Positions 53,001 through 64,000 are shown, counted from the stretch's first letter. The stretch: 64,000 nucleotides of DNA from Lingula anatina (GCA_051362555.1 CM120646.1:23374001-23438000); one strand, 5' to 3'. Notes: generated by a model not told the origin, from the letters alone. A program made the numbers and translations.

Positions 53001-56000
53001 CTAAGCTGGTGCCGATTTGTAGGCAGAACCGTTAAGCTCTTGATTCTGCGAGTGATTTCTGCCCACAGGTTTTCTATTGAATTCATGTCAGGGGAATTTC
53101 GTCAGTCAAGGCAACTGATTTATCTCTTGGTTTTGCAGAAAAACAGTTATTACATGGGTACGGTGTGGTCTGGCATTGTCATCTTGCAAATGGCAAGCAT
53201 TCTCTAAAATGTCACTGTATTTCATCTGGTTGAGGTTTCCATCAATTGCCACCAATAGTGTTTTGGCTCCAGCGTGGAAACCGGCCAATTCACAGATACT
53301 GTCACGGCCACAAGTCACTGTAGGGTGACACAAGCCTCGTGCAATACCTCGTCTGGAAGCCTACGGACTCTGATTCAGCCATCGCGGTGGTGGAACTCAA
53401 ACTTTGCCTCCTCTGTAAACATCTACATGAAGTCAGTGCTGTGCCTGGAACCGCAAATAGTGTCTAGCCCACCATTGGCGCAGACGTTGGTGTTGCTCTG
53501 TTAATAGAGGTAACCAGCTAAAAGTGGCCTTGCATTCACTAGGGTTCTAGAAACGCGCTTTTGAATGGTAATTTGCCACTCATTTTGAAGAGGAAGATTT
53601 GTTTTTGTCCGGTTGTTGAGATATAACTGCAGAAGAAAGCGGTCTTTCCTTCTGGTGGTGACTTTAAAACGTCTGGCCGTGGTCTCTGTGTTGGTGTGCC
53701 AGTCTGGGCGTGTTTCTGTAAGACGTTAGAAACTGCTCCCTGGGACATATTCAGCTGTCTGGCAATAGCAGATTGCTTCTGTCTATTCTGGCATAATGTA
53801 ACAATAGTGTGGCAAGTTGCTGCCGTTAGTTCACGTACCATAAGGTCAGCTAAGAGTCTGCAAATATCAAACTCTTCTGACTGGGCGTTGCCTAAATATG
53901 GAGACTTATTCTGCAGAACTGCTGCCCTTTCATACGCATTCTGTAACCAGTCAAAGAGGAATGCTCAGGAAAACTGCCACACATTACGCAATAGAACCGC
54001 CCTTCAGAGAAAGCAGGCTTATCAACAATAACCAACATACCTGGCTACACATGTAACTTTTTAGCTTTAATCTTCTGATGTTCTATTGAATCCAATTAAA
54101 TGATTGTCCGGAAAACATTCCTGTGTTAATAGCAAGTTTTAAGTCTGAGCAGTTTCTTAAGCTTCTGAATGCTTTCGCTGAGACCAAATCTGTATTAGCA
54201 GAAAGGTTAAAAGAAGATGTAGTCTGCCCTGATAAAATTAAACTCAATGACTCCTAACCCAGTGGCGGATTTAGAAGGGGGGTCAGAGGGGTCCTGACCC
54301 CCCCTTTCTGGTCCCCCTCTTCAAATGATAGTTTTTGACTAGCTGATTCATAGTTGTTAAACATACCAAATGGCACCGTTCGCCCTCTTAAATACCAAAA
54401 TTTTCAGGGTCCTTCAACAGGCCCCTATGCCAAGTGGGATGGGGGGGTCGGCTTTGCATCCGCGGACCCCCCCCCCCTCTTCAAATAATCCTGGATCCGC
54501 CTCTGCTCACCTTGCCTTATAATTAATGGGCAAGCACTGGCAATTTCACTGTAAAAGCCTGACTGACACATAAGTAAGAGCAGTTCTGAAGGCAAGTTCT
54601 AACTATGAGTTGATTGACTTGTGTTTGACAGATACAGGGAAGAAACAATAAAATGTGTACTCGGTCACGACGCACAAAGTCAGCGCTACCCATCATACAA
54701 GACATCTGAGAACATAGGTGTAGACACTTCATGTGTCACGTTTGCTTGCCTAGTAACAGAGATACAGAAGTAAAACGGGTTTTCAGTAATGGCGGTCCTA
54801 ATTTGCATATTTAGGGAAATTCTGTAAATCTAATTCTAACAGAAATATCTTAATAATGTTCATCGACCCTGAAAATATAGGTAAAGACACTTCATTTGTC
54901 ATATTTTCCCGTCTAGTTACAGAGATATTGCAAAAAATTGGAAAGCATGCGGCCTTTTTTTTTTTTTTTTTTTTTTTTCAAATAAGACAGTTAAAAACGC
55001 AAAATTTCGCTTGGCAACCGGGTTCCCAACTTAAACCCCAAAATGCCCCTTGCTTCTTATACAGAGCCTATTTTCAAAAATCCCACTAGACTACAGTGGA
55101 TGTAGTCTAGTGGGATTTTCTATTTTCTATCACGTTTGGAAATCTGTCGTTTTTTGTTTTTATTATGTCGTAAAAAAAGTGGAAGAAACGAAAAATAATC
55201 TCGTTTTTTCCATTTTGAAAGGAAAAACGAAAATCGAAGTTGATTTTTCATTTCATTTTGACCATTTATCAAATGAAAATGAAGGCTATTTTTTCATTTT
55301 CTAACAAAATGGAAATCACTTTGCCCCGCCATACACGGACCTCCAGGACTGGTTCCCTGTTCACCATCAACAAAAAGTTGTTAGTGCCAGGTCACAAGGC
55401 GGTAGATGTGGATCAAATCCTGGAGGAAGCTGGTTTGGGACACCTGAAGGCCAAATTCAGAGACGAAGGGGTAATTATAAGGCTTGTGGCCAGGCACTAA
55501 CAACTTTAATTTGTTGACAGTGAACCGAGACCCAGACCTGGATGCGTTAGTTCCTTTTTCTCACCGTTCGTTATGAGACCACCCCTGGCCCCCGTTTCAC
55601 AAAAAAACTTTAGTCGGTTTCCCTGACTTAGGGCTTGGTTACCAACGTAATTAAGTCGTAACGTCACTAAGTCCCGTTTCACAAAGAATCTAAAAGGTCG
55701 CTTACGTCGTTTTTTTCTTAGCTGTAAGTCGACGATGTCAAGCCTCCTCGGGAGGAGACTTAAGTCGGCAAGCTCAACTAAAACTCGGTAAATGAGAGCA
55801 TAAACAACAAAAATTTGGAAAGAACATACCTCCTTCAAGATATAGTGTTATAATATCCTTGAATAGCACTGACATTTATGGAATATTAAAATAAAAAATA
55901 CAATTCCACTTTACCCAGTCGATCGCGTGTTTGTTTATGTTTTTGACCGCTAGACGTCCCTCAGTAGTGTTCCACGACAAGTTAATGTTTTTAAACATTA

Positions 56001-57063
56001 AAACTGTTAAAACTGTTACTTTGAAGTTGTATTGAAGTTAAACTAATCAATAAAGTTCAAAAACAAACTTTGTTTGTGATTTGGCTGACTTTTATTGTTG
56101 ATAAACGATCGTTCTCGGCCGAAAGAGGCCATGAAACGTCATGTCTTGTAAAACTTTTGCAATTTTACACCTCCTTTTCTTGAAGAGTTTCTCGTGCGCG
56201 TCGACTACGGTAAGCACGCCAAGCTAAGACGTTAGATTCTTTGTGAAACACTCCTAGTCGACTTCAGCTAAGTCGACCTAGCTAGGCCACCCAGCTCGAG
56301 CTAGTCGACTACGGATTTAAGATTCTTTGTGAAACGGGGGCCTGGTACTGCGTCATATCGCGCAAAGCATGTCGGTATCTCAAAACGATAAACTCGACAT
56401 TCAAAATGATAAAACGACTTTGTAGAAAACACTTTTCTCTCAAAATGATGAAAGTGACGATCTCAAAATGATGTTAACGCCTCGCAAAAAAATTCTTCTG
56501 GTCAAAATGGTACTTTCATCTTTTTTGTACAAACGGTGTTCCATATGTACACAGCAGCTAATTCACTTAAGCATTTACCATTTTGAGATAAAGCGATTGA
56601 CAAGACACTATGTATAAAGGCTGAATACATTTCCACGTAATTGATACATGACTTGTTTACTTCATAGCCCCAGATAATCCAGGGAACATTGTACAGACGG
56701 AAGCAAATACCAAGGGTTTATACTTGCATTGGATGCCAGGTTCAGGAGCTGTTCATAATTATGCTATTATGTACAGAAGTATTCAAGAAACAGTTACCGA
56801 CAATCAAGACAGTGACAGTGCTGTAACGCAAACCAAACAACTTACACAGGGTAGTGACAGAGATGAACCAACATGGGAAGAAAATCAAGATTTACTTGAT
56901 ATTGTTGAAGACAAAGCAAGCGATTCAAGATATGAAAAGATCACAACTGTGCAGAACAAGTGCAATTTAGAAAGCCTTGTTCCCGGCACTAATTATGAAA
57001 TCCGAATTTTTGCGATGGCTCATGGTTATCCTAGTCTGCCACAGCAGCAGGAAAAGGCGACAA
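28250..57063 (+). CDS. DZIP3-type HEPN domain + coiled coil + FN3 repeat protein (exons 28250-29018, 29775-29927, 51159-51443, 56668-57063; continues 3')
   Basis: All junctions are GT-AG and phase 1. HEPN_DZIP3-like motifs ENFFR, QRNQLYP, DLDLTLTVLLLRN, IGRVKRYRNIVYGHA. FN3 signatures PSVPTDF..VKWDTP..IRGLQAGNEYNCSVSA and PDNPGNI..LHWMP..LESLVPGTNYEIRIFA. Linkage across the 21-kb intron is inferred from phase and strand. Confidence 0.72.
29775..29927 (+). CDS. Linker exon with a Trp-rich repeat
   Basis: gtattcag| ... AATG|gtgagt, 153 nt, phase 1-1, open; PSTWTWLWTWLWTWRR. Confidence 0.72.
30082..31340 (+). mobile_element. Degenerate THAP-DDE transposon (ISL2EU/Harbinger-related)
   Basis: MSEFTCFLSCCYNN..MSFNKFP..W..RVCVEHF (THAP, ATG 30163, internal stop); VKFYTG near 30945; VERVIGKIKSY near 31280 (DDE_Tnp_4-like C-terminus). 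Right end not located. Confidence 0.65.
30527..30901. mobile_element. Kolobok-type MITE nested in the THAP element
   Basis: ttaa|aggtacatac ... gtatgcatct|ttaa. Confidence 0.68.
31756..31912. mobile_element. GC-rich MITE (CAG..CTG termini)
   Basis: tatat|cagtgccgtagc ... gctacggccctg|tatat. Confidence 0.7.
33090..33776 (+). mobile_element. Solo LTR, 687 bp
   Basis: taaa|TGTAACA ... ATAACA|taaa (4-bp TSD); AATAAA at ~33729; internal short direct repeats. Confidence 0.75.
33878..37070 (+). repeat. ~3.2 kb block C, directly repeated at 40928-45550
   Basis: Collinear similarity from gagtgt(g)ataatgatagggtcgctaaacga to gaagctttt..tccaa.catcctattcc; the second copy is split by Kolobok 42503-44632. 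Confidence 0.88.
37428..37922. mobile_element. Foldback element, ~105-bp TIRs, 9-bp TSD (AcademH-like TA..TA termini)
   Basis: cagccagac|TACCCTCTACCAGGG ... CCCTGGTAGAGGGTA|cagccagac; an uninterrupted related site lies inverted near 45660. Confidence 0.85.
38446..40572 (+). mobile_element. Kolobok-like non-autonomous element, copy 1
   Basis: ttaa|GGGGACAGATAG ... CTATAAGTCCCC|ttaa, 2127 bp. Confidence 0.82.
39428..39445. mobile_element. 18-bp TIR-only remnant of the CACCCTGAG family
   Basis: tctctcag|CACCCTGAGCTCAGGGTG|tctctcag; the paralogous site at 43634-43641 has a single copy of the 8-mer. Confidence 0.85.
40928..45550 (+). repeat. Block C second copy
   Basis: See 33878-37070. Confidence 0.85.
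42503..44632 (-). mobile_element. Kolobok-like non-autonomous element, copy 2 (inverted)
   Basis: ttaa|GGCCGGTGATAG ... CTATCACCGACC|ttaa; 42512-43650 is a near-identical inverse of 39410-40563; empty site in block C near 36065. Confidence 0.85.
51159..51443 (+). CDS. Fibronectin type III exon 1
   Basis: atttttag| ... ACAG|gtatc, 285 nt, phase 1-1; W in strand B and L-x-x-G-x-x-Y motif. Confidence 0.88.
52865..53841 (-). pseudogene. Frameshifted Tc1 transposase
   Basis: HTH SAIARQLNMSQGAVS, QDDNARPH and PDMNSIENLW spread over ORFs 53539-53841, 53106-53333 and 52865-53086. Confidence 0.88.
54260..54505. mobile_element. GC-rich MITE (CAG..CTG), ~6-bp TSD
   Basis: ctaacc|cagtggcggatt ... ggatccgcctctg|ctcacc. 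Confidence 0.72.
55588..56341. mobile_element. PIF/Harbinger-type MITE with CTG TSD
   Basis: ctg|GCCCCCGTTTCACAAA ... TTTGTGAAACGGGGGC|ctg; internal repeats of the tttcacaaagaatct motif. Confidence 0.85.
56668..57063 (+). CDS. Fibronectin type III exon 2 with an acidic insertion
   Basis: cttcatag| ... ACAA|gtatgt, 396 nt, phase 1-1. Confidence 0.88.
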
Positions 57064-57295
57064 GTATGTTTTAATATTCCCCACATACCTTTCTAAAAAT
57101 TGTATATTTCCTTAAGAACCTCATGTTATAATTTACACTTTTAGTCCTTGTGTATGGGAACAAGAGGCAAGTTTTGGCACCGTCCAAAACACCAAGGTTC
57201 AATGACGGATTTATAATACATAAACATAAAAAATTAAGAAAAGACGAACTTGAAAAATACACACTAGACGTCAACTTCAGCCAACAACCATTTGC

Positions 57296-57960
57296 ACATC
57301 ATCATCATCGTTCCCATCCCCCGCATATCGAATACCGTCGGTACACTCTATGGATCACTTTTTTTTCTATCGACTACTGTTCTCGTGACCTCTGTTAAAC
57401 TTTTTCTGGTCCATTTCTGCCACGTTTTCTCTTTACTAGGACGCTTGGAAATGTTAATGTAAATAACTCTGATTTTTCCCATCGTAACATTCTTCGATAA
57501 ATCCACATTTTAGCTGCATCTATTCGTTTTTCCTCCTCTTTTAAGAAAACCCATTCTTCCCACCCGTACATGTGCACTGACCATATCAAGGTCTTCCCTT
57601 ATTTCACTTGTAACGCTGTTGGGATACTCCTGTCCTTCCAGATATTAACCAGTTCTTTTTTTTTTTTTTTTTTTGCCTTCGCCATGCCGATTCACATTTT
57701 TATACCCTTTGTTGAGGTCCCATCGATGTTTTTTTTACCGAACCCAAATACCGGTACTTAAAATTTTTATCCCTTCAACCTCCTCAGTGTCGACCTTAAT
57801 TTCTGCCTCGTTGCCTACTTTTGTTTTCTTTGCATTCATGCTCAGTTGCCTTTTCTTTCCAGCTGTGTCCAGTTTTTCAACAAGCTCACCAACCTTCTCT
57901 TTTTTCTTCACCAGGAGCACAGTATCATCTGCAAAACGCAGAAAATTATAATGTGGATGC
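57296..57960 (-). mobile_element. Degenerate RTE-clade LINE 3' fragment
   Basis: LRFADDTVLL, LSMNAKKTKV, YG.E.W, RIDAA.MWIYRRMLR.W; (TGA)n tail seen as catcatcatc at 57297-57309. Confidence 0.8.
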
Positions 57961-58029
57961 AATACCATTTGCACACTAAATGATAAATTCGTAATCCAAT
58001 GGTTTATGCAGTATCGTAATATCCCATTA

Positions 58030-58345
58030 AAGGCCTCGTCACTCGTATTCGGAATTATCAGTAATCAAGCAGAATGAGCCGGAATAAAGAATTTTCAAAA
58101 TTCGCATCACATTCGGGAAGAAATTTCAAATGGGCCTAAGTTCTTGTAAGAGTAGGCCTACCGTTGGAATACTCAGATTCAGAATGCGCTTGAATCCGCC
58201 TGGAATGATTCGTACATATTTCGAGTGTTTTAGCTCTCAATACCGGTAATGCTGTCAGAATGCAGTCAGAATACCGTTCAAGCGTATTCGATTGCTGGCT
58301 AAAACAGATTTCGGGAGTCATTGAGATGCATTCGAGTTCTGTCAT
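58030..58345 (+). repeat. Fragment of a GAATGC-rich DNA-transposon repeat family
   Basis: Similar to 62725-63070 (aatcaag.agaa..agccggaat, ccgttggaatactcaga). Confidence 0.7.
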
Positions 58346-59084
58346 TCTTTGCTAGTGGTTACAAAATGTTGAATTTGACCGAAAATTTCAAACTTTCTCT
58401 GGGAAGCTGTAATTTTGCGATGTGATAGCTACACCATCACAGTTTATCATTTCATAAAAAGGGAAACAGCAGCTGCCCTTTGTAGGGCACACAGGAGAGT
58501 TGAACAGCTATACCCACCAAATCCTAGACGCGTTACCCTGGGTAATATATTTTGCACAAACTAATGAAAGTCTAATGGAATGTTTTCAGTTTTAGTTTAA
58601 ATCATAAGGGGGTGTTGTCTCAATGCTTCAAAACTGGGTTTGAAGAATTTAAAGCAATAATAACTCTTCCTTTGAGATTCAAAATTCCGCATGAAATACA
58701 TTGTAAACAACGCATGGAAATATATTCTATTGTATTTTACCACTAAAACGGCCGTTATTGCAGTAAAACTAAAATCTGTGCTTGTCAATCGGGCTTTCGA
58801 TGCTTTCATCAAGGCATTCGTTGCTAATGACGTAATGGTGTCACGCGGATTCTCGCGTTCATTCGAGACCAAAATAACATATGGCGCCAAACGCATTAAT
58901 GCGGACGCAGACGTAAGTTGCGAGTTTTTGTACAGTGCGTCGGATAACGAAAAGCCCAGAATGGCACACATTGTGGATATTAATGTATTTTTAACAAAAA
59001 GACGAATATATCTCATGAATCTTATATAGTGTTGTTGTTGTCTGCTTTTCCCGCGGTTTTAAGTAGGTCAACAGTGACTATGCG

Positions 59085-59260
59085 ATGTCAGAGAGAGCTC
59101 CGTCAGTTAAAATCTCTTAAGAGATTTTAACAAAAAACCGTACGTTTAGGAAAAAAACCCTGGATTAACTTTGAATGCAGGAATGGGGTCGCTGACCATT
59201 GGTAAGTACGGGAAAATTGCCGTTTACTCCAGGAAAATCCAATTTTTGGCCAAAATGAAG
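59085..59260 (+). repeat. Dispersed repeat shared with 10000-10195
   Basis: gttaaaatctcttaagagattttaac palindrome followed by the shared block. Confidence 0.65.
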
Positions 59261-60097
59261 AGTTATTATGACTTTAATCCACATTTCATAATTAATAAAA
59301 ATGGTGAATATGTGGGTCACGGTAACGTTATTGACGCGGGTACAAAAACTTTTTATAATCATGTAAATAATAACAATATTTTTGCTATTATCCATACACA
59401 CTTCAATCATGAGGGGCACACCACTTTCACATGCTTTTAAAATGGAATTGACAAACACAGAGGGATAATGCACATATTTTATTTACTGTAACTCTGTCAC
59501 ATGGGACACACACTGAACAAAGTTGATCTAAAGAAAGTTCCAGATTGTAGTTTTTTATCTGAATTATTATTTTTTTATTATTATTTTAACCCAATAAAGT
59601 TCAGTTAAATACAAAATTTAACAAAATGAAGTTCAGTGTAACACAAAGTTCATAATTATAACATTCTTCCTGACATATGTGGACCAATGGTGATATCTGT
59701 TCTGTGCTCGCTAAGGCATCCACTCTTGGGATTCTGAAAAAAAAAGTCACACAAAGAATCTGTTAACTGTGATAACGAACAATGGATAACCTAAGAACAC
59801 AAATAGTTTATTGCTTATTCAAAGAAAGTACAGTGCATTATGAGTGGCAAACACGCATTACTGAGACACATTTTCTTCACCCATTTTCGGTGCTTCATTG
59901 CGTAACGTAAGTGTTGCTAGTAATCCATTATTGCTGTTTTTACAGACGGTTAAAATTTAAACGCACGGAATACAGTGTAGCAGCTTAATTTAAGACAAAA
60001 CTAAAAAAAAGTAATTCAATTTCGATGATTTAGTTTTCGAGAACAAGAGAACATGAATACGGTATCACCGCGTCACCATGTTCAATATGACCTTTAG

Positions 60098-60877
60098 GGT
60101 ACGTACGGATAAAATTTAGTCCCAAAATATTACACGTCCCTATACTCCCGTTACCGATAGATACATAAAGGAAAAACGGAAAAAACGTCTTTTTAGATTT
60201 AAATACAGATAGATCCGATTTTTTTCTGCTGTCCTATATATTTGCGTTCCTATAGATATGACGTCCTCATAAACCCACGTCCTTTAAATCCGCATACCTA
60301 TAGATCCACGTATTTTTAGATCCAAATACCGATAGATCCATTACAGGTACACTATTGCTCGAAATAGTTGGTATACTACTCAGTACATAAAATGCACTTC
60401 TTTAAAACCGCAGTACGCAGTCAGCAATATATTATTCTACTAGATCGTTTTCACACAATACTCAGTGAAAGAACATAAAAAGAACAAAAGTGTGTTCTAT
60501 ATTTCACAACGCTTAATTACTGTTCTAGCGTCAGAACACTGTTTAAAGCGTTCTCAAAATGCAACATTCGAACACGTAAAAAGTGTTCTGAATTTACATG
60601 TAAATGTGTTCTAAACAAAACAAAACAAAAAAGAACATAAAAATGTGTTCTAAAGTTCACAACGCAAGTTGATATGGGCCTTTTAGCCGATTACGATGTC
60701 AGATAGATGGATCTAGCGGTACCTGGATCTAAAGATACGTGGGTTTATAGGAATCTGTTGGTGGATCTATCGGAACGTAAATTTAACGAGACGTAAATCT
60801 ATTGAGACGTGTATGTATAGAGACGTATCTATCGGGGCGAATATTTTATTGGGACGTTTATCTATATGGTGGACCCC
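60098..60877. mobile_element. MuDR-like non-autonomous element, 9-bp TSD, containing a Tc1-type left end at 60348
   Basis: gacctttag flanks both sides; inverted arrays of tagatcc / ggatcta motifs; tacactattgctcgaaatagttggta resembles the TIR ending at 18296. Confidence 0.65.
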
Positions 60878-61845
60878 GACCTTTAGTCCCCCATGTGACA
60901 CAGACGCAAAACGAAAGTTCAGACGAAGTCACCCTACTTATAGAATGGTAAAAATCAATCGGTACACAAATATGTTGAAACAATTGAAGAAAAATGAAAC
61001 GAAACTCATTATTTCTCACCTTCATACAAAGAAGATCCCAATAAACAATCCTGTGACGGTTAAATCGAGGGAATTACACCTGTGCCCTGCATCCTATCTC
61101 GTCAGCGTCATTGCGTAACATGTTATCAGAATGGGCCACCCGCCAGTTTGAGCTGGTTTTTTTAGTGTGTAAAAGAAGCCATTCGTGTGTAGACGTCATC
61201 AGTTAGTGAGTATGGAAGAAGATCGCTATCGATGTATAATTTTCACGCGGCATTTTAAAGTCGTCTGATAAGAATCGATCTCTGAAGTTTCAGCGTTGCG
61301 AACGTAATATTGGGACGCGGTGAAGAAATATCGACCTTGCTGAGCAATAAATGTGAAATTCTTAAGAAAACTGATATTATCATGGATTTCGTGACACAAA
61401 CTAACCGAAATACTACTTTGGACGATTGAACAGTTTTAATACGGAAAGATAGGATTAGATGAAATTTTCATCGGGGTGGGACACCGCATGTATCGTAAGT
61501 TAAGCTAATTTTGTGATCATTTTTCAGTGACTTCAAATAAATTTTTATTTAAATAACCATTTGCACATTCTGTTTATTATATCTTCTTGTAGTAGGTGTA
61601 TTCCCTGCTTCAATAATTCATTCAAACCCTAAACAAACTGTTCCTAAATAGAGGTAGGGTCGAAATTCCACAAAAAAGGACGCCATTTTGAGGGTAATTT
61701 CGATATATTTTCTGCTTTTTCTCTTATTTTGCTTTTATAACAGCATCCTCCTTGCTCATGCAGCTTCTTTGATTTGTTATTGAAACATACACAACGATGT
61801 CATGAGAATTTGGGAGGCTATCTAAATTTAAATAACATTCTTGTT

Positions 61846-62539
61846 ATGGCCCCCCTGCAGTGCACCACTAGCAAAGAATGACTGAGTTGCATTCCGGTCC
61901 ATTTGAGGCACATGCATAACATTCCAGCAGGATGCCATTTCGGTTCTCCCTCGAAAGCGATCAGGTTTCGAATGCTCTTTGAATGCCCTAAGAATATTAA
62001 AATGCACACACAGTGCACTTAGAATACACTTAGAATACCATTCGATATTTCATCACTTGGAATGCACTTCGAAAGTTTTGAACATGAGCAAACATTCATA
62101 CCCCCGTCAAACTAGAGGCGGAATGAGCAAGAATGCCGTCGGAAAGATAATTATTTGTGCGTTCCTGGATATCCGAAGAGCATTTTAAAAATTCCGAGTG
62201 CATTCCAAATATTTTTCCCATTCTTGTGGCCGACCCGAATGTTTTTCTCGTGGTAAAAGCTTTCGAAGTCCATTCCAAGTGGAAAATTATCGAATGGCAT
62301 TTGAAGAGTATTCTAACTGCACTATGACTGCATTATAAATATTCTCACTGAATTGATTCTCGTTCTAAACCTTATTGGATGTAGCTCCCCGCCTTTAGTA
62401 TCACTGGACTTGGTTCCCTTCCTTCACCCTTATGGGGTATGGTTCTTTTTAGGTCGATATATACCCGTATTACACAAGCAAAAGTGAAATTTCCATTGAT
62501 AATAAGCACTTAGGAAACATGATAAGAAAATTAATTTAC

Positions 62540-62574
<35 letters not shown>

Positions 62575-63420
62575 TAACTTTGTACCGGATACGCACCTTG
62601 CTTATATGAAAATCAGTCCCGTCTACCTTATAAAGTCCACGATGAGTTGAGACATTGTGAAATTGGAAGATAATGTTAATACCAAACTATTTTCCAAACC
62701 CATTTTCCAAACCCATTTTCCCTGAAGCCCCCGTCACATTTTTTTAGAATCAGCAGGAATCAAGGAGAACCAGCCGGAATGACTAAATTTAAAAATCCGT
62801 ACTACATTCGCGAAGAAATTTCAAATTGACCTAAATTCTTGTAAGAATGCCGTTGGAATACTCAGAATGCGCTTGAACCCTCCTAGAATTTGGGGTGTAT
62901 TTGGGGTGTATTAGCTCTCAAATGCAGCTCAAATGTAGTTGGGAAACTAGGAATATCAATAATGCTGTCAGAATGCAGTCAGAGTATTTAGAATACACTT
63001 CGTATGCCGTACGAGTGTAGTTCGATTGCTGGCTGCAATAGGATCGAGATGCATGCGAGTTGCAGTCTGGTTCTCTCTAGCAGGATTTGAAGTGTCTTGC
63101 CATTTTGGTTCTCCCTCGAACGTGATCAGAATGTTTCGAATGCTGTCGGAATACCGTGAGAATATTTAGAATGCAGTCATAGTGCAGTTAGAATACTATT
63201 CAAATGCCATTCGATAATTTTCCACTTGGAATGCACTTCGAAAGTTTTTAACATAGGCAAAACATTCGGGCCGGCCACAAGAATGGGTAAAAATATTTGG
63301 AATGCACTCGGAATTGGAATGCTCTTCGAATATCCAGGAACGCACAAAGAACTGTCTTTCCGACGGCATTCTTGGGCAACAATTCCCGCCTCGTTGTCTT
63401 CAGCAAGCCTCCCCTAACTT
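61846..63420. repeat. Rearranged copies of the GAATGC-rich repeat, with inverted arms
   Basis: 62130-62348 is the inverse of 63158-63372; 61935-62095 resembles 63098-63265; 62726 begins agcccccgtcaca (Harbinger-like terminus). Confidence 0.65.
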
Positions 63421-64000
63421 GAAATGAAACATCGAGACTTCTGTAAGTTCATTATATGTTCATAGTATTAGTTCTTGGTCCAAGCCGCAAAGCAGAAAAC
63501 TTGTTGACTTATCATCTAGAAACTCAAGACTCTTTACTTTTTTGTCACTGTTCTTAGACAAGACAATGTGTTATCTTTACGACTCAATATGCGAACGACC
63601 CAGACTGAATTTCTACCGGGACGACGAGTGCTGATGCCTAGTTACGTATGCTGTTTTGTATGCTGTTACTGGATGAACTTACAGACAGTTCCTTGGGTGA
63701 CCCTAAGTAGTGGCCTTTGTTCTCCAAAACAGGACATCCGTACAAATTCACCGAGACGTTCTATCGGACTTTCAGATGAGACATTATCGCCGTACATGTA
63801 CTGTTATCACAGGGGGTAGTTAGTCTGAGTTACTTCTCCAGCAGGTGGCACGTTTTAACTGACTCTACGTTTATTTCTCTGGCTGAGAGATCTAGAGTGT
63901 CCTGGGAGAGCACGGACAATCCAGCTATCAGTGCGACTGATCAGACTTACTCTGAGCTCTGATCTCCAATTTCTGATCTATACACAAAGTTCTTCTCCTT

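Larger units (their letters stand above)
51959..55093. mobile_element. Foldback element with TAGTCTAGTGGGATTT termini (Academ-like)
   Basis: Terminal TIRs plus ~370-bp inverted arms 52000-52370 / 54735-55050. Confidence 0.7.
51460..55333. mobile_element. Outer foldback element with A/T-tract subterminal repeats, ending in ccgccata (IS3EU-like terminus)
   Basis: 51465-51590 is the inverse of 55200-55320; right end gccccgccata; left end degenerate. Confidence 0.5.

Noticed and set aside
58597-59473. Overlapping 89-139 aa ORFs on both strands
   Set aside because: No recognisable domain or splice structure; partly within a dispersed repeat.
63420-64000. Possible further exon or LTR at the right edge
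   Set aside because: No FN3-like frame or defined terminus identified.

Overview
AT-rich, intron-rich metazoan DNA. The TE mix and gene families resemble a marine invertebrate such as an echinoderm; the taxon is an inference. There are no prokaryotic features. I reconstructed three spliced genes by hand from GT-AG sites and reading phase. (1) A minus-strand secreted Cys-rich gene (~3659 to <1) ends in exon-per-repeat 6-Cys beta-defensin-fold modules. (2) A two-exon EF-hand protein of the SCP/calexcitin/aequorin type (5595-7350) unusually carries a signal peptide. (3) A large plus-strand gene (28250 to >57063) has an N-terminal DZIP3-type HEPN domain with an intact R-x5-H motif, a coiled coil, a Trp-repeat exon and at least two FN3 exons; it is a candidate innate-immune RNase effector. 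The rest is dense in transposons: a near-intact 5'-truncated L2/CR1 LINE, an RTE fragment, two solo LTRs, Tc1 remnants, an ISL2EU/THAP remnant, two inverted Kolobok-like elements with different TIRs, AcademH-like foldback elements (one with a RecQ motif), an 18-bp TIR-only mini-element with an empty site in the same window, many MITEs and kb-scale local duplications.
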